64,000 nucleotides of DNA from assembly GCF_009914755.1 (NCBI RefSeq), contig NC_060927.1; one strand, 5' to 3'. The DNA comes from the human T2T-CHM13v2.0 reference genome, Homo sapiens. Made by a program: the position numbers and the translations under genes. Shown here one piece after another: positions 1-14,799 of the stretch. How positions within the stretch are numbered: position 1 is the stretch's first letter; each line of letters starts with the position of its first letter. The notes under the pieces were generated by a model. It saw only the letters and a program-made list of their open reading frames with translations. It did not search any database and was not told the origin of the DNA.

Positions 1-559
1 TTTTACTTTCACCTTCTCTAGGTGAAAGCACATGTCAGGCATCAAGATCAAAGTCACACTGATAGAGAGCTAACAGAAATAAAAAGACTGAAGGAGGAAG
101 AAAGGATGTTTATTAAATTGGGGGTCAAAAAAGGAGATAAATAGTATTATCTCCCCTCCTGTTTCAAGAAGAGGTAAAACAGGCTGGAATTTGAGAAACT
201 TTTATTAGGTAAAAGGAAAGGATTTTGAAAACCAAAAAAAAAAAAAAAAGTTGATGATGGGGGCAGAATTTCTCGATTGTACTTTTTTAGGTATAGAGTT
301 TTAGATGATGGGCATTTGTCTAAGACATTTTCAAGATTTCAGGAGACTTTATAAACCTGTGGAAGTGGATAGAAAGGTAGGAAGGCAGGTTAGGTGTGCT
401 TTCAAATATACCAAAGAAGACCAAGATTGAGCTTCTAGACTACTGGCTAAAGAATCAGTGGGGGCCTTCAGATGATCTTCTTACTTGTCCAAACAAATTT
501 ACCATTAGGAGAAAAGGCAGATTTCTGAAGAATTACTTTGCAGAAATAAAGATATTATC

Positions 560-900
560 AGGCAAGAAAAGCTACATTATGCTGCAGTGACAAAATCTTA
601 TTGACTTAAAGTAATCAAGTCTTGTTTCTTGTTCAATCTATACATTCACCTACTCTGCTCATAATCATTCAGGGAACACTCACCATCTCAAACATTAAAA
701 ATTAGAGAGAAAAGAATTATGAAGGTTCTTGCCTTGGCTATTAAATGATTTCCCTGGAAATATCATGTGCTACTTTTGCTCATAACTTATTATTCAGAAC
801 CAATCACAGGGCCTCACTCAGACACAATGAGGATGAAAAGTATGATACCATGTGCCTAGAACAGGAGACAGGGGATACATTTAAGAGTACAGCGCTAATA
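560..900. mobile_element. Ancient ERVL/MaLR-type LTR remnant (LTR33/MLT1-like)
   Basis: Degenerate 'tatgctgcagtgacaaa...ttaaa...tttcttg' start and 'acttttgctcata...agaaccaatcacagggcc' motif typical of old ERVL/MLT1 LTRs. Confidence 0.4.
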
Positions 901-2518
901 ACTACCTCAAGAGGGCATCCTCCTGTTTCTCAAGAACCTAAGCAAGTATAATGGAGTCTCAGAGTCAGAAGAAGAACATTTATAACATGTCTTCTGCTTG
1001 TAAGTATGCATATAAAACAGAAGTGGCATAGAGCATAAATAAACTCTAAGCTACCTGATTCCCCCACTTCTGGCATGCAAGATAAGGTTTATAAATACTT
1101 GGAGCATCTAGGAAATTGATTCCTCGATATACGATTGATTGATTGATAGCTAGATAGCTAGCTAGAAATGAAGGAGGCTAGACTAAGGGTTAAGAGAAAA
1201 TTATTTTTCCTTCTTCTATAGATAGATATAGCAAAAATATAATAGAATTTCATTAATTAGGGCTGGAATGGGAGAAATCCACACTGATTTAGTCAAAGGT
1301 ATATATTATGAAATATATTAAAATTAATTTAATGTTATTTTAAGGAAATGATATTATTGTCAATATTACAAAATATTTAAGAGAAAATATTACACACAAA
1401 ACCTCAAACAATCAGATTTAGTTCATATATATTGACTTAAATAATAAGGAATGCAATACATACCAAAAATTTGGCATACGTAGTCACAGACTTATAGACC
1501 CATTGATGTCTCTACTACCAAGTTATTGGTTTCATGGCCATCCAACTTTCCTTTGGACTAAAAAAGGATTCAGTTAGCTCGCCATAACATTTTATGATAA
1601 ATTCATGGTTAAACTATACTTTTAAAAGATAACTACTAATTTTAGTTTGAAAACTAATGCACACTTTATCTAAGGTCATAAAAGACACATTGGTCATTGT
1701 TATTTATTCTTGCTTTACTCAGGTTTTTGTTGTTTTCTATTGTGAGAGTGATCAATTAAGATTGCAGAAAAAACTCTGAATAATATTACCAAAAAGGGAA
1801 TATATTGAGAGGATCACAGCCAGTACAGGTGAAAAAGCCTACAATAGGCTTAAAAAAAAATAACACAAACTGGGGAATCAGAAATTAGACTATTATACAG
1901 GAGTGAATTGGCTACCACAGGATAAGGGCACACCTATCATTGTTTAGGGTTTTGCATCATTCTCCAAGAGTCTGCATCCTAGAGCAGATGCTATTTAACG
2001 TACCTAAAGTTGTGTTTCCATCCCCTTGGTTAGAAAAAGTCAAGATACTTTGATTGACAGGCTTCTTAATCTTGCACACAGTGAAGAGATAATTTCCCAA
2101 AAAGGATATGGGATTTTTTCCCAGATCAAGGGAAAACAGCGTAATGAATACTCAATAAAATAGGAAATATCTACTATACTAGAATCTGCTCCTAACAACT
2201 TTAAAATTCAACAACATTCTTTTTAGGGGCATATACAAACTTCCTCATATGGTTTGTAGTGGAAACTGAATGATAAAGGACCTTTTATGTCAGGAGTTTG
2301 GAATTCTGCCAAGCAGGTTATGAGGTCCTACTGCAGTGATATGATTTGTGTTTGTGTGTTTATTTGCTTAACTACTAATGGAAATGTGTGAAGTGGGTTA
2401 CAGGAGTAAACCCAAGTATTAATAGAAAGACTAGTTAGGCAGCTGGCAAAAATTTAGTCAAAGCAAAGTTATAGGAACCAAATGTAAGAAAATGTCAGTA
2501 GAGCTAGAAAAAAGGGAT

Positions 2519-3242
2519 CTGTATTAATTAGCATTTTGTATACAAAAAAAACCCACAAAACTTACAGATTTAAAACAACTACCACTTATTTAGCTGATTG
2601 GTCCTCAACCAGTGAAGTGGGGAAGTGGGTGGGACATTTGGCAATGTCTAAAGACATTTTTGGTTGTCACAGTGGGGGTGAGGATGCTGTGGTCATCTAG
2701 TTATTAGAAGCCAGGCATGCTGCTAAACATTTTATGATGCACAGGAAAGTACCACTCCTCCCCAAGAATTATTCAGTCCAAAATGTCAATATTACCAAGG
2801 TTGAGAAACCCTGATTTAGCTTAAGAGTCTGCAGGCCATCAGTATGGTTTGGGCTTCATTGGAATTCTGCTGATCTGGGCCAGGCTCACCTGATCTCAAC
2901 TTGCTGATTCATACATCTCTGGTCGACTATTAATAGCTGGTCAGGTGGGAGCTGGCTAAGCTAAAGGGCTCAGCTGGAACAGCTCCTTTTTGATCCCTTT
3001 GGTTTCTCATCCTCTGGAAGAATGATCAGGCATTGTTCATACAGTGAAGGCTACAAGAGATCAAGAAGAAATATGCAAGGCCTCTTGAGATCCAGCCTCA
3101 GAATGCACACTGTTGTGTGTCAGTCTCATTCTCTGAGCCAAAGCATGTCACCAAGCCAGCCCAGAATTAAAGAATGGAAAAATAGACTGTATCTCTTGAT
3201 GAAATGGCTATCAAAAAAAGTGATCATTTTTATAATCTACCA
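2519..3242 (-). mobile_element. MLT1-type MaLR LTR interrupted by MER20
   Basis: 'tgtattaattagc...ttaaaacaactaccacttatttagct' resumes after MER20 and runs to 'aatagactgtatctcttgatg...aatctacca'. Confidence 0.6.
2596..2813 (+). mobile_element. MER20 (hAT-Charlie) DNA transposon
   Basis: Characteristic 'ggacatttggcaatgtct..agacatttttggttgtcac' and 'aaggttgagaaaccctg'; perfect 8-bp TSD atttagct at 2588-2595 and 2814-2821. Confidence 0.92.
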
Positions 3243-3487
3243 AAGAGAGAATTTTGAAATAGCTAGAATATAGAATCAAAAATAGTTGGTGGCTGCTGGT
3301 AAAAGGAGAAAGATAGTGAAATTAAAATTATACTGACCAGAGATCCATGATTAATTGAATCCTGTTTTTGGGACTTACCTCTCCACATGGTTCCCAGAAA
3401 AAAATATAGACACAGAAAAAAAAGCAAAGTAAAATTGACCCATTTTTTTTCTATCTGAAGAATTTGACTCAAAAACCAATAGAGATG

Positions 3488-5507
3488 TGTATTAGTCCAT
3501 TCCCACACTGCTATAAAGAGCTACCTGAGACAGGGTAATTTATGAAGAAAAGAAGATTAATTGACTCAATGTTCCACAGCCTGTACAGTAGGCATGGGTA
3601 CGGAGGCCTCAGGAAACTTATGATTATGGTGGAAGGTGAAGGGGAAGCAAGCATGTCTTACATGATGGGAGCAGGAGAGAGAGACAGCAAAGGGGGAAGT
3701 GCTACACAGTTTTAAACAACCAGATCTCATGAGAACTTATTATCACAAGAACAGCAAGGGGGATGTTTGCCCCCATGAGCCAATCACTTCCCACCAGGTC
3801 CTTTCCCCAACACTGGGGATTACAATTCAACTACATGAGATTTGGGTGGGGACATAGAGTCAAACCATATCATTCTGCTCCTGGCCCCTCCCAAATCTCA
3901 TGTCCTTTTCACATTTCAAAACACAATCATGCCTTCTCAACAGTCCCCCAAAGTCATATCTCATTCCAGCATTAACTCAAAAGTCCAAGTCCAAAGTCTC
4001 ATCTGAGACAAGGCAAGTCCCTTCTGCCTATGAGCCTGTAAAATCAAAAAGAAGTTAGTTACTTCCGAGATACAATGTGCATACATGCATAGGGTAAATG
4101 CCGCCATTCCAAAAGGGAGAAATAGGCCAAAACAAAGATGCTATAGGTCCCATGCAAGTCTGAAACCCAGCAGGACAGTCATAAAATCTTAAAGTTCCAA
4201 AATTATCTCCTTTGACTCATTGTCTCACATCCAGGCCACAGTGATGCAAAGGGTGGGCTCCCAAGGCCTTGTGCATCTCTGCTTCATTGACTCTGCAGGG
4301 TATAGCCTTCATGGCTGCTTTCACAGGCTGGCATTGAGTGACTGCAGTTTTTCCAGGTGCACAGCACAAGCTGTCAGTGGATCTACTATCCTGGGGTCTA
4401 GAGGATGGCAGCTTTCTCAAAGCTCCACTAGGCAGTGCCTCAGTGGGGACTCTGTGTGGGGGCTCCAACCCCACATTTCCCCTCCACACTGCCCTGGTAG
4501 AGGTTCTCCATAAGGGCTCCACCCTTGCAGCAGATTTCTGCCTGGTCATCCAGGCATTTTCATACATCTTCTGAAATCTAGGCAGAGGCTCCCAAAGCTC
4601 AATTTTTGTCTTCTGCACAGCCGCAGGCCCAACACCACATAGAAGCTGCCAAGGCTTGGGGTTTGCACCCTCTGAAGCAACAGTCCAAGCTGTACCTTGG
4701 CCCCTTTTAGCTACGGCTGGAGCTGAAGCAGCCACAATGCAGGGCGCCATGTCCAGAGCCTGCCCAGAGCAGCGAGACCCTGAGCCTGGCCCATGAAACC
4801 ATTTTTTTTTTTTTTGCCTCCTAGGCCTCCAGGGCTGTGATGGCAGAGGCTACCATGAAGGTCTCTGAAATGTCTTGAGGCATTTTCCCCATTTTTTTGG
4901 CTATTAACATTCTGTTCTTCTTTACTTGAATCCACCCCCGGAAAATGGGTTTTCTTTCCTCCCAAATGGTCAGGTTGCAAATTTTTCAAACTTTCCCTCA
5001 TCTTCTTGTCTTCTTCTGAGCCTTCCAAACTGTTTCAACCTCTGCCCATTACCCAGTTCCAAAGTTGCTTCCACATTTTCAGGTATCTTTCTAGCAATGC
5101 CTCACTTCTCTGGTACCAGTTTTCAGTGTTCATCTGCTCTCACGCTGCTATAAAGAACTACTTGAGACTGGGTAATTTATGAAGAAAAGAGGTTTAATTG
5201 ACTCACAGTTCTGCAGGCTGTACAGGAAGCATGGCTTGGAGGTCTCAGGAAACTTACAATCATGGCAGAAGGTGAAAGGGAAGCAAGCATGTCTTACTAT
5301 GACCAGAGCAGGAGAGAGAGAGTGAAGGGGGAAGTGCTACATACTTTTAAACAACCAGATCTTGTGAAAACTCATTCACTATCACAAGAACAGTAAGGAG
5401 GAAATCTGCCCCCATGATCCAATCACTTCCCACCAGGTCCCTCCTCCAACATTGGGAATTAAAATTCGACATGAGATTTGGGTGGGGCACAGTGCCAAAC
5501 CATATCA
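3488..5507 (-). mobile_element. MSTA-type MaLR element (LTR-int-LTR) with internal deletion
   Basis: LTRs at 3488-3872 and ~5125-5507 (tgtattagtcc...aaaccatatca); MaLR internal sequence; 5-bp TSD agatg/agagg; ORFs 4217-4750 and 4711-5028 are MaLR-int remnants. Confidence 0.92.
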
Positions 5508-6009
5508 AGAGGTCTTATGAATTATCTGTTTTCAAAAGAAGTTTCTTTTGCTAGGCAAATTCAATCTTAAAAATCGACAAGAAAAGCAGAATGAAAGATC
5601 TGTCTAGTCCACCCAAAAATACAAATCTTTCTTCAAAATGCAGAAAGTTCACACCTATGGGATGGGATGGGAGAAGGGAGGAAAAGAAGGAAAGAGAAGA
5701 AAGAGGAAAGGCATGGGAGTGTAAAGGAGAGGACAGAAGATGAGACAAATGAATGCTGTATGGGGGATCTTCCAGGGAGCCTACAGTCCTGAGGGAAGAA
5801 TGCATCCTCGAAAGACTTTACCGCTGTACACTGGCCTCACAAGGCCAATGCTAAATATATGCTCCTGAACCTAAGCAACTTTTGGCAATATTTCTCCTAC
5901 AAGGGAGTACACAAGGGAATGCTCTTCAACTTTCCTTTGGGAGGAAAATGTGGGGAGAAGGAAACTATTTGGCTTCAGCTTCCATCTCCTCATCAGCTGT
6001 GAAACATTA

Positions 6010-6920
6010 GATATGAGAGATGAAAAAAGGGAAAAGGTAAAGAATGACTCCCAAGTCACATATTGGGGACTTGGGAATTCAGAGTTTTATTTGGACTGGA
6101 TGCAGACATTTGGGTATACCAATTTCAGCACCAACTTCAGCATAGTTGATAGCTGATGTTGCATGTATGAAGAAAACTACCTGTGGAGGGTATGCAAAGT
6201 GAGAAGAGAAGAAAGTCAATAACAGAACCTTGGAAAATATTAACACTTAAGCAGCAAGTAGGAAAAGAGGAGCTCATCGAGTTGACTCAAAAGATTGGCT
6301 GGCAATTTGTAAGTAGAAAATCACAAAGGGACATGGATGTATAAAACATCCAGGAGGAAGAAAGTTCCAAAAATAAGACCATGCTCAAAATAGTCGAATG
6401 CAGCTGAGAGTAAAAGTAAGATTAAAGACTGAAATGAATATTGGCCTTAGCAATGATCATGGGTGATGCATTAGTTTCAGGAGTCAATAGAAAGTGAGAT
6501 TAAGATTGTGGGTAACTATTGTTTTATTGCATAGAGAAGGAGGAAGGACAGAGATATTGGAACATGTGTGAGTTAAGAGATAGTTTTTTTTATTTAAAGA
6601 GATTTGAGATGTATCTACCTGCTGAGGGGAAGAATTCACTGGAGTGGTTGAAGATACATAAAGGGGGAGAAACTCAGCACAGTAATAGCCCAATATATAC
6701 AGAATAAATGAGATGAAGGACATGTTGAATTAAGAATCTCTTGTAAGGTAGAGAGAAGTAGAACCTGATCAGTGAAAAAGGTTAGGAGTTGTGGGTTTTC
6801 AAGTGGATAGCTGTTTCTTTCTCTGTCAAGCAAGGGACAGCCATCAGTTACCTGTTCTGGGAAAGATAAGGAAGGGGCATGGGGTAGAATGGATTGGAGG
6901 ATTGGAGGACAGTGATGAAT
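6010..6920 (-). mobile_element. L2 LINE fragments
   Basis: Purine-rich degenerate L2 motifs ('aagaatgactcccaag', 'aatgcagctgagag', 'ggccttagcaatg...tagtttcaggag'). Confidence 0.6.
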
Positions 6921-7481
6921 ATAATATCATACTCTACACATATAATTTTTATTTTATAAAGAATGTGACAAACTAGTGGTAAAAAAAAGCATAACTAAAA
7001 AATAAACAAAAAAATACAAGTATTTAAATGGAAGATGATCTAGCAATATTTAACTTCATATATAGAAGATAAACAATTTGGGAAACACACAAGAGCAAGA
7101 ACTGCAATGCATTTATTCTGCATTTATTGAATAACTTTGCCAGGTCCTCCAGAAAGTAATAAGGGATCCTATGCTAGCTCAGAATATGGCAAGGAAGAGA
7201 CCCAAACAAATCATTGTAAGAAAAGCTAACCACAATGGAGACACACATGATGCTCTGGAAGGAGATATGCAAACACTCCTTCCAGAAGGGAAGAAATGAA
7301 TCAGTCAGAGAAGATTTCAAGAAACAAGCAGCATTTGAGCTGAGATTCGAAGATAGAAAGAAGTTCATTAGGAAGCTGGGGCCTGGGTCAGAAAGGGCAT
7401 TCCAAGAAATGGAACAAATATGGAGAGGTGCAGAAAAGTATCCAGAAGAATTGAATCCAATGGACAGACAAGGAGGCTTCA

Positions 7482-7838
<357 letters not shown>

Positions 7839-10014
7839 TCATGCTTTACCAACTAAGCTTGCCAGGCACTTAAATAATCCTTGTGTCCCTATAAAGCTCT
7901 CCAACTCCTCATACACATTATGGGTAAGAAAATTGGAGCAAGAAAATTAGGGCTTTTTCCTCCTCCACTATCTCATAAATACTTGGTAACATTTCTCCAC
8001 CATCCCCAAGTTCTTGCTAGGTAATTTGATAAATACATTTACCCAGATAAGTCACAGTTTAATCATTGCTTTGCATTCTGCCCTCGTACTTCTAGACACA
8101 AAGCCTTTCTAAGAGAGAAAGTTTAGGCCCTGAGGAGGAAGAAAAGGAAAGTAAATGGAAAAGGGTGTCTCTCAGCATTTCTCCTCAAATCATATGTCAC
8201 ATCATTTACTCTTTTTATACCTTAATGCTGGTCCTGAATAAATGAAAAGGTTGCATTGTGTCCTGAATTTTAAAAAGTAACGTAATATATAATCCATTCA
8301 CCACATTAATTCAGGTGCAACCTTGGACAAATTGCTTTGAACAATTTCAGCCACTAGGCAAGTTTAACTGCAAAATGCTCCATTCTCTGTGAGGTAAACC
8401 TCTGGGAAATATAGTGAATTTGAAATTGTAAGAATAATTCAAATGTGTATAAAAAAGATAGAACAAAAATATGCTTTCTAAAAAATTGGTTAAAAATGCT
8501 ATCCAAGTTCAATTTGAAGTACTATTATTCTAATCTTTCTATTAAAAGATAAAACATGAGAGAAAACATTACATACTTTATAACCTTTGCTGATGCGTAG
8601 AAATGCAATTTATTTTTTAAAGAACACAAACACTACTACAATTCTTGAAAATACCAAGCTTTGAAATCATCTTAGTTAAAAATAAAGTTTTGGGAGGGGA
8701 CTGCCTAGGGATGCAAAGAAAAGTATGGAATTTTGCATTTCTTTAAGTAATTTTAAAATCTATTTTATAATGCCCTCACTTGTCAGAGCTAGCAGCAAAC
8801 AACACTAGCTTTGTCCTTGGTTCCACTTATAAAGGTGAGGGGACAGATGCCAGCAAAATTTTAAAACCTCAAATCATGTTTTTCTCAGAATATGAAAGGG
8901 AAGTTTGACTATATCACATGGTTTCAGGTGACACTAAATGAGTTCCACTGCATTTTGTTTTTCACTCATAAAGCCCAAGGTATGCTGAGGGGTCTAAAAA
9001 TAGGAACAATAAGATCCATGGGACAACCCACAGCACACCTGGATCATTTGTTCTCTTCAAAAACCACAATCTCTCTGTATCTCTGTCTCAGTTTCCATCT
9101 CTGTCTCTCCCTTGTGCTCTCCCTCTCTCTCTCACACACACACACGAGTTCCAGAACTCATGTTATGGTTTTTAAACCCATAGTGTTTTAAATTTCTTTT
9201 TATTTTTAAATGTTAATATTATTAATTTTTTTCCAGCCACAAAGTAGATAACATTTTCAGAGTCTTCCCAGTCCTCATCAGAAGGACCAGTCAAGATGAC
9301 TGAGTACTATTACTATTATTCCCTTATTACTACTGTAATAAGAGAATTATGCCTTATTCCCTTACATCTCTGTTAAAATGAAAAAATACACAGTGCACAC
9401 ACATAAATATTCTTTAAAAATTGATATGTAAATCAATAGCGCTTGATAAGGAAAAAGCTTTTTGGCATAGATCTCAATTTCCTAGACAAAACGGCAAGGC
9501 GACATAAAAATCTCAATGCAGACTTTTTACTAAGTCGGAATTTATGATCACTCAAAATAAAATTGAGCCAAAGTGTATCTAATCGTGTACAATTATTACA
9601 AAGTTGTTTTTCTAGGCATGTAAATTCCTTTTAGATATTTTCATCTATGAGAATGCATAAAATTAGAAAGCGCTGTTAGACAGCATTCCCCTCTCCATCC
9701 CACTCCCCAAGCCTGGTTCCCTTTTTATTCATTTCCTCCGCCTCCTTAGGCAAGAATCTTAGAAGCATCCTAGATAAAAGATTGCTGGTGCCTACTCTCA
9801 ATGACTCTTTGCAAAGCCACCTCACCCCAAGACATGGCCCCACATCCGTCTACCCTTTCCAGACAGTTACACATGCCCATATTTCCAAAGCAGTTTATAC
9901 TTTCTTTTCTCTTATCATTTATCTATTCTCATTGTCATTATGTGTCATTACTCCTTCACCCTCCATCTTCTTTCTCTCCCTGGAATACAGGGTATTTCTT
10001 TTGGACTCCAGATC

Positions 10015-10450
10015 TTTTTACCACCTGGAATGCTCTTCTTCCAGATCATCACATGACCTGATCCTTCTTATCATTCAAGTCTCATTGGTGTTGTCACCCA
10101 ATAAGAAATGCCTCCTCTGAACGCCCTGTTCCTTTACCCTGATTTCTTAGTATTTTTACTGATACTATGTCATTTGCTTGTTTACTTGATTATTATCTAT
10201 CTTCTCCCTCTCCCCTGTCCCTGCTACCACCACTAAAACGTAAGCTCCTTAGCGCTTAAGAACAGTGGCGGGGGCATGATAGAAACTCAATGTACATTCT
10301 TGGAATGAATTAATGAAAAATGAATGCTTATCTCCCCTACTAGACAGTGGATTTCTGCAGGGCAGGGGCCATGCCTCATTCATTTTCTTTGTGTCTAACA
10401 TTTTGGGTAAAGGGAAATCTAGTAGGGTTCAATAAATGGTCACTAAATAA
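10015..10450 (+). mobile_element. L2 3'-end fragments
   Basis: 'cctggaatgctctt', 'taagctcctt', 'gggcaggggccatgcc', 'tcaataaat' L2 tail motifs. Confidence 0.6.
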
Positions 10451-12203
10451 ATGATCTATTAATCACAGAATAAATAATTAATAATAATATTTTTATTATA
10501 CATACAGGAAAATGTTGAGCTTAAAGAGATTATCTGCCTAGATTTGGTTAGACAGTTTTAGAAAGGGCAACAAAGGCAGGACAGCTGCAGGGACTCAGAT
10601 TTAGGGAGTGGATTTGAGTCTCTTAAACTTTCATTGTCTGTTTCAAGTTGAAAGAGGTGAAGTGATTTACCCATGGTGTTTAAAAGTAATAAAATTATAT
10701 CTTTTTAAAACAAAATGTATTTAATTCTTTGCAACACTACAGGCTAGCCTTCTTTTCAAGGCCACAAAAATTGTGGCTTTTATATGCTGTGAGGCTCAGA
10801 AAGGTTGCCAAGTATTCAACTCTAAAGCTTGAGGTCCTCAAAGAGAATGGGCAGTTTAGTGCAGAGGCCAAAGCCAGGAGAGCTGGATAGACAATCTATC
10901 ACAGCCCTGTCATATCACCGGGGGACCGAGACTCTCTAGGGAAAAAGGGTTGCTGCCCTTGGGAAGAACTCTTTAGTTATATTGATTATATTTACCAAAC
11001 CAAATATTGTGACATGCAATCTAAGCAGATCTGTGTACAATACATAGAATGTTTGAATCTAATGCCAACTTAGAAAATCTGGGGCTAACATTTGCAATAT
11101 TCATAGGAGAACAAATTAGTTTGCATACTCTTCCATAGTTGAGTGAAGTGTCCCACAAAACTTCTCATCCTTTCCAACACTATTTGATTTTATTGATTCC
11201 AAATTTTAGTTCAGTTTTGAGGTGTCTTAATACTCCTCAAAGGATCCTCATATTTTGAATTTGTTCTGATATCTAGGAGATATTATCTTAGAGATGGATT
11301 ATGAACGTATCTACTTTGAGTTTCATTAGGGCTGAATCACAGTTTCAGAGGAGAAAAAGCCAGAAGGTTCTTCTCAACTCTGAGATTCTATGGTTCTGTG
11401 ATTCAATCCTTTGGAGCCTAATGACCCCAGTTTGAACTGATATACACTGGTAGGTGAAGTGATAGGACAGAGGAATGGATGCTGGAAACTGATGACAGAA
11501 GTCTGAAGTCCTCCTATGACACTTGGCCTCATGAAATGGAAAAGACTTCTACTTTCTTACCTCAAAAGTCTGCTAGAGAAGTTAGCTACTGTGTATGGGT
11601 AATTGCCCCCACTCTGGACTCTAAACCTCTACCTAGGCCACACCCTATTTCTAGAAAACTGTTATCATCACCAGATCATCAAGGTTATCTCCTTTCTTCC
11701 CTTACACAGTCTTTAGAATCCACTCCCACCATGTTGCCTCTCCTAAGCAACAAGAGGGCAAGTAGCATACCTGCCCTGGGTTTTGTGTCCTAGGTAAATT
11801 ACTTATTTACTCTGCATATACATGGTCTCAATGAGCAAAGATGTGTTGTGTCCAGTTTCTATTTCTGAGCATGTAATTGAAAACATATCAAACTGGGCCT
11901 CAGCAAAATTTGGAGGTGGAAAGTATGGGTCAAATTGGTCACATTTTCTGGGTGAGAGGACCATGAGCTAAGTTACATTAAAAGGCCTGGTAATCAGTTT
12001 CAAGGCATTCAACATTCAATAGAGAAACTGCAAGAAAGTGGGGAAAGTCATACATATTTTAAAAATTACCTTTATCTTTTACTCAGACAACCCCTAAATT
12101 GTCAACCAACTAAATATACTATACATTGAAACACACTTGATACTCAAAGTGTGGCCCATGGACCAGCAGCATCTCTCAGGAGATTGTCAAAGTGCAGAAT
12201 CTT

Positions 12204-12301
12204 CCCTTGAGCCCAGGAGTTCAAGGTAACAGTGAGCCATGATCATGCCACTGTACTCCAGCCTGGACAACAGAGCAAGACTCTGTTTCAAAAAAAAAAA
12301 A
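12204..12301 (+). mobile_element. 5'-truncated AluJ/FRAM right-arm fragment
   Basis: Alu 3' end plus poly(A); TSD gcagaatctt at 12194-12203 and 12302-12311. Confidence 0.9.
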
Positions 12302-12547
12302 GCAGAATCTTGAGCACCACCCAGGACCTACTGGATCTGAATCTGTATCTTCAAAAGATACCTAAGTGATTGGTATGTGACTTAAATCTTGTAAAAGACC
12401 TTCCAAGACCAGCAATCCTCAAAGTGTGCTCTCCAGACTAGAAGCATCAATTGGCATCAACTGAAAACTTATTAAAAATGCAGAACCATGTGCCCATTCC
12501 AGACCTACTCAGTCTAAAATTTTGGAGTAAGGACCAGTAATCTGTGA

Positions 12548-12877
<330 letters not shown>

Positions 12878-13889
12878 TAATCCGTGTTTTAACATACCCT
12901 CAGTGATTCTGATATATCCTCAATTTGGAGAATTTCTGCCTCTGGCCTTTTTCAATTTATATTAAAGAAGAACCATCTTTTGACAAAAGTTAATTTAATT
13001 CTAAATGTTTCAAGTGACTAAGAGAAAAATATACCTGTCTGGACAATTTTTAAAATATTGTGACAATGCCCACCAGTATTTTCCAAAGATATATCCTTAT
13101 GATTTTATTTATGCACTAGTCAGAATTGATGAATGTGTATGTTGAATACCATTTGCTAATTCATCTGGCATCTGGCAAAACCATATCACATTAATATGAT
13201 GGATGATCCTGCTTCTTTGGAATGAGAAAACTTCCACATGGAGGCACAGTAATTATTCCTGAAGGAATGAACATAATGTAAACTGTCATTATGGGTAAGT
13301 TTTGTGGGCAAAGGATGCCCAGGAGAAAGGCATTATGTTAAGCCTTTATTCTCAGCAATGGTGCTCTGCAGCCTTGCTCCCACTTAAAGTCATTATCAGA
13401 GCTGCCTAGACCTTTCTGCCCTTTGTGGCTTTGGGCTTCATTTAGCGGGTTATGGGATGTTTCAAACCTCTACTTAACGCATTTGAAATATTTTCTACTT
13501 TGAAACTTTTTCTCCCTTGAAAGGCAAGGTAGCTATTAGCATCAAGAAGAAACCAAAATGAGCACAACAAATACACAAGTGTCTTTCACAAATGTAGCTT
13601 TGCCCAGATGAATTTTTAAAGGTATTTTATGAAGAATGTTAAAATACATGAAGTTATTTTCTAAGTCAACCCACCTAGCAATTTTATTTCTAGAAATGTA
13701 TATTAAAATATATCCCCAGATGAATATATAGACATATGTACAAGAACATTCATTACAGCATAGATTGCTGAAAACAAGCAAAATGTCCACAGTCACAAGG
13801 AGTAACCAACCAGAGCAAGTTCCCCTGGGGAGGCCTCTGGTGTGTGCCAGGAACCAGCTCTTTAGTTTCCAGATTATGAGAGAAACAAG

Positions 13890-14272
13890 TGTATCAGTCT
13901 CCTAGGGATGCCATAATCAAATACTGCAGACTGGGTGGCTTAAACAACAGAAATTTATTTTCTCACAGTTCTGGAGGTTAGAAGTCCAAGACCAAGGTGT
14001 CCACAGGTTTGATCTCCCCTCAGGACTCCCTCCTCGGCTTGCAGACAGCTGCCTTCTGACTGTATCCTCTTACGACCCTTCCTCTGTTGGTACACATCCC
14101 TGGTGTCTCTTCCTCTTCTTATAAGGATATCAGTCATATTGGATTAGGATATGTCCCTAACGGCCTCATTTTAACCTCTTTAAGACCTATCTCCAAATAT
14201 GTTCACATTCTGAGGTCTTGGGGAATGGAATTTTAACATACAAAATTTGGGGATACCATTCAATCCACAACA
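13890..14272 (-). mobile_element. MLT1A-type solo LTR
   Basis: 'gggtggcttaaacaacagaaatttattttctcacagttctggagg..agaagtccaag'; TSD acaag/accag. Confidence 0.9.
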
Positions 14273-14763
14273 ACCAGTCAGTCTTAGAGAGTAGCTGGGT
14301 CATAGAGGGTTATTTACTAAATGGTTCAGAAGTACTTTAATATTTTCAAAACTGGTACAGTTTTCAGTAAGTAGTGGCTGATTATTAACCCTGGCATGGG
14401 CTCTGAAACAATTGTAAAAACATGTGAAAAACCTTAAAGGTTAGAGGAGCCCCTTCAGGGACCTCCAAGATTGAAGATTGAGACTAAGTAGGTGGGCTCG
14501 GAGACTATTTCTGGAATTTAGTTGTTTTACATCTAATAGACCAAATAATGTGCTGTGGTTATAAATATAGGATTTGGAATCAGAAAGAGTTTGCATTTCT
14601 GTTTCCTACCTGTAAAATAAAAATGATAATAGTACCTATCCCTAAGATTGTAAGCAATAAGATAATGATATAAAATGTTGATGATATGCCAGACTCAAAG
14701 TAGATACTCAATAAACAAGACATTATTGTACCTTTATATAAGCTTACTTTTCTAAATAGTCTT

Positions 14764-14799
14764 ACACACATGCAAACACACAAACACACACACACACAC
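14764..14799. repeat. Imperfect (CA)n microsatellite
   Basis: Direct inspection. Confidence 0.9.

Noticed and set aside
4217-4750. 177-aa ORF, and similar ORFs at 41092-41748 and 49164-49424
   Set aside because: MaLR (MST/THE1) internal-region remnants, fragmented; not host genes
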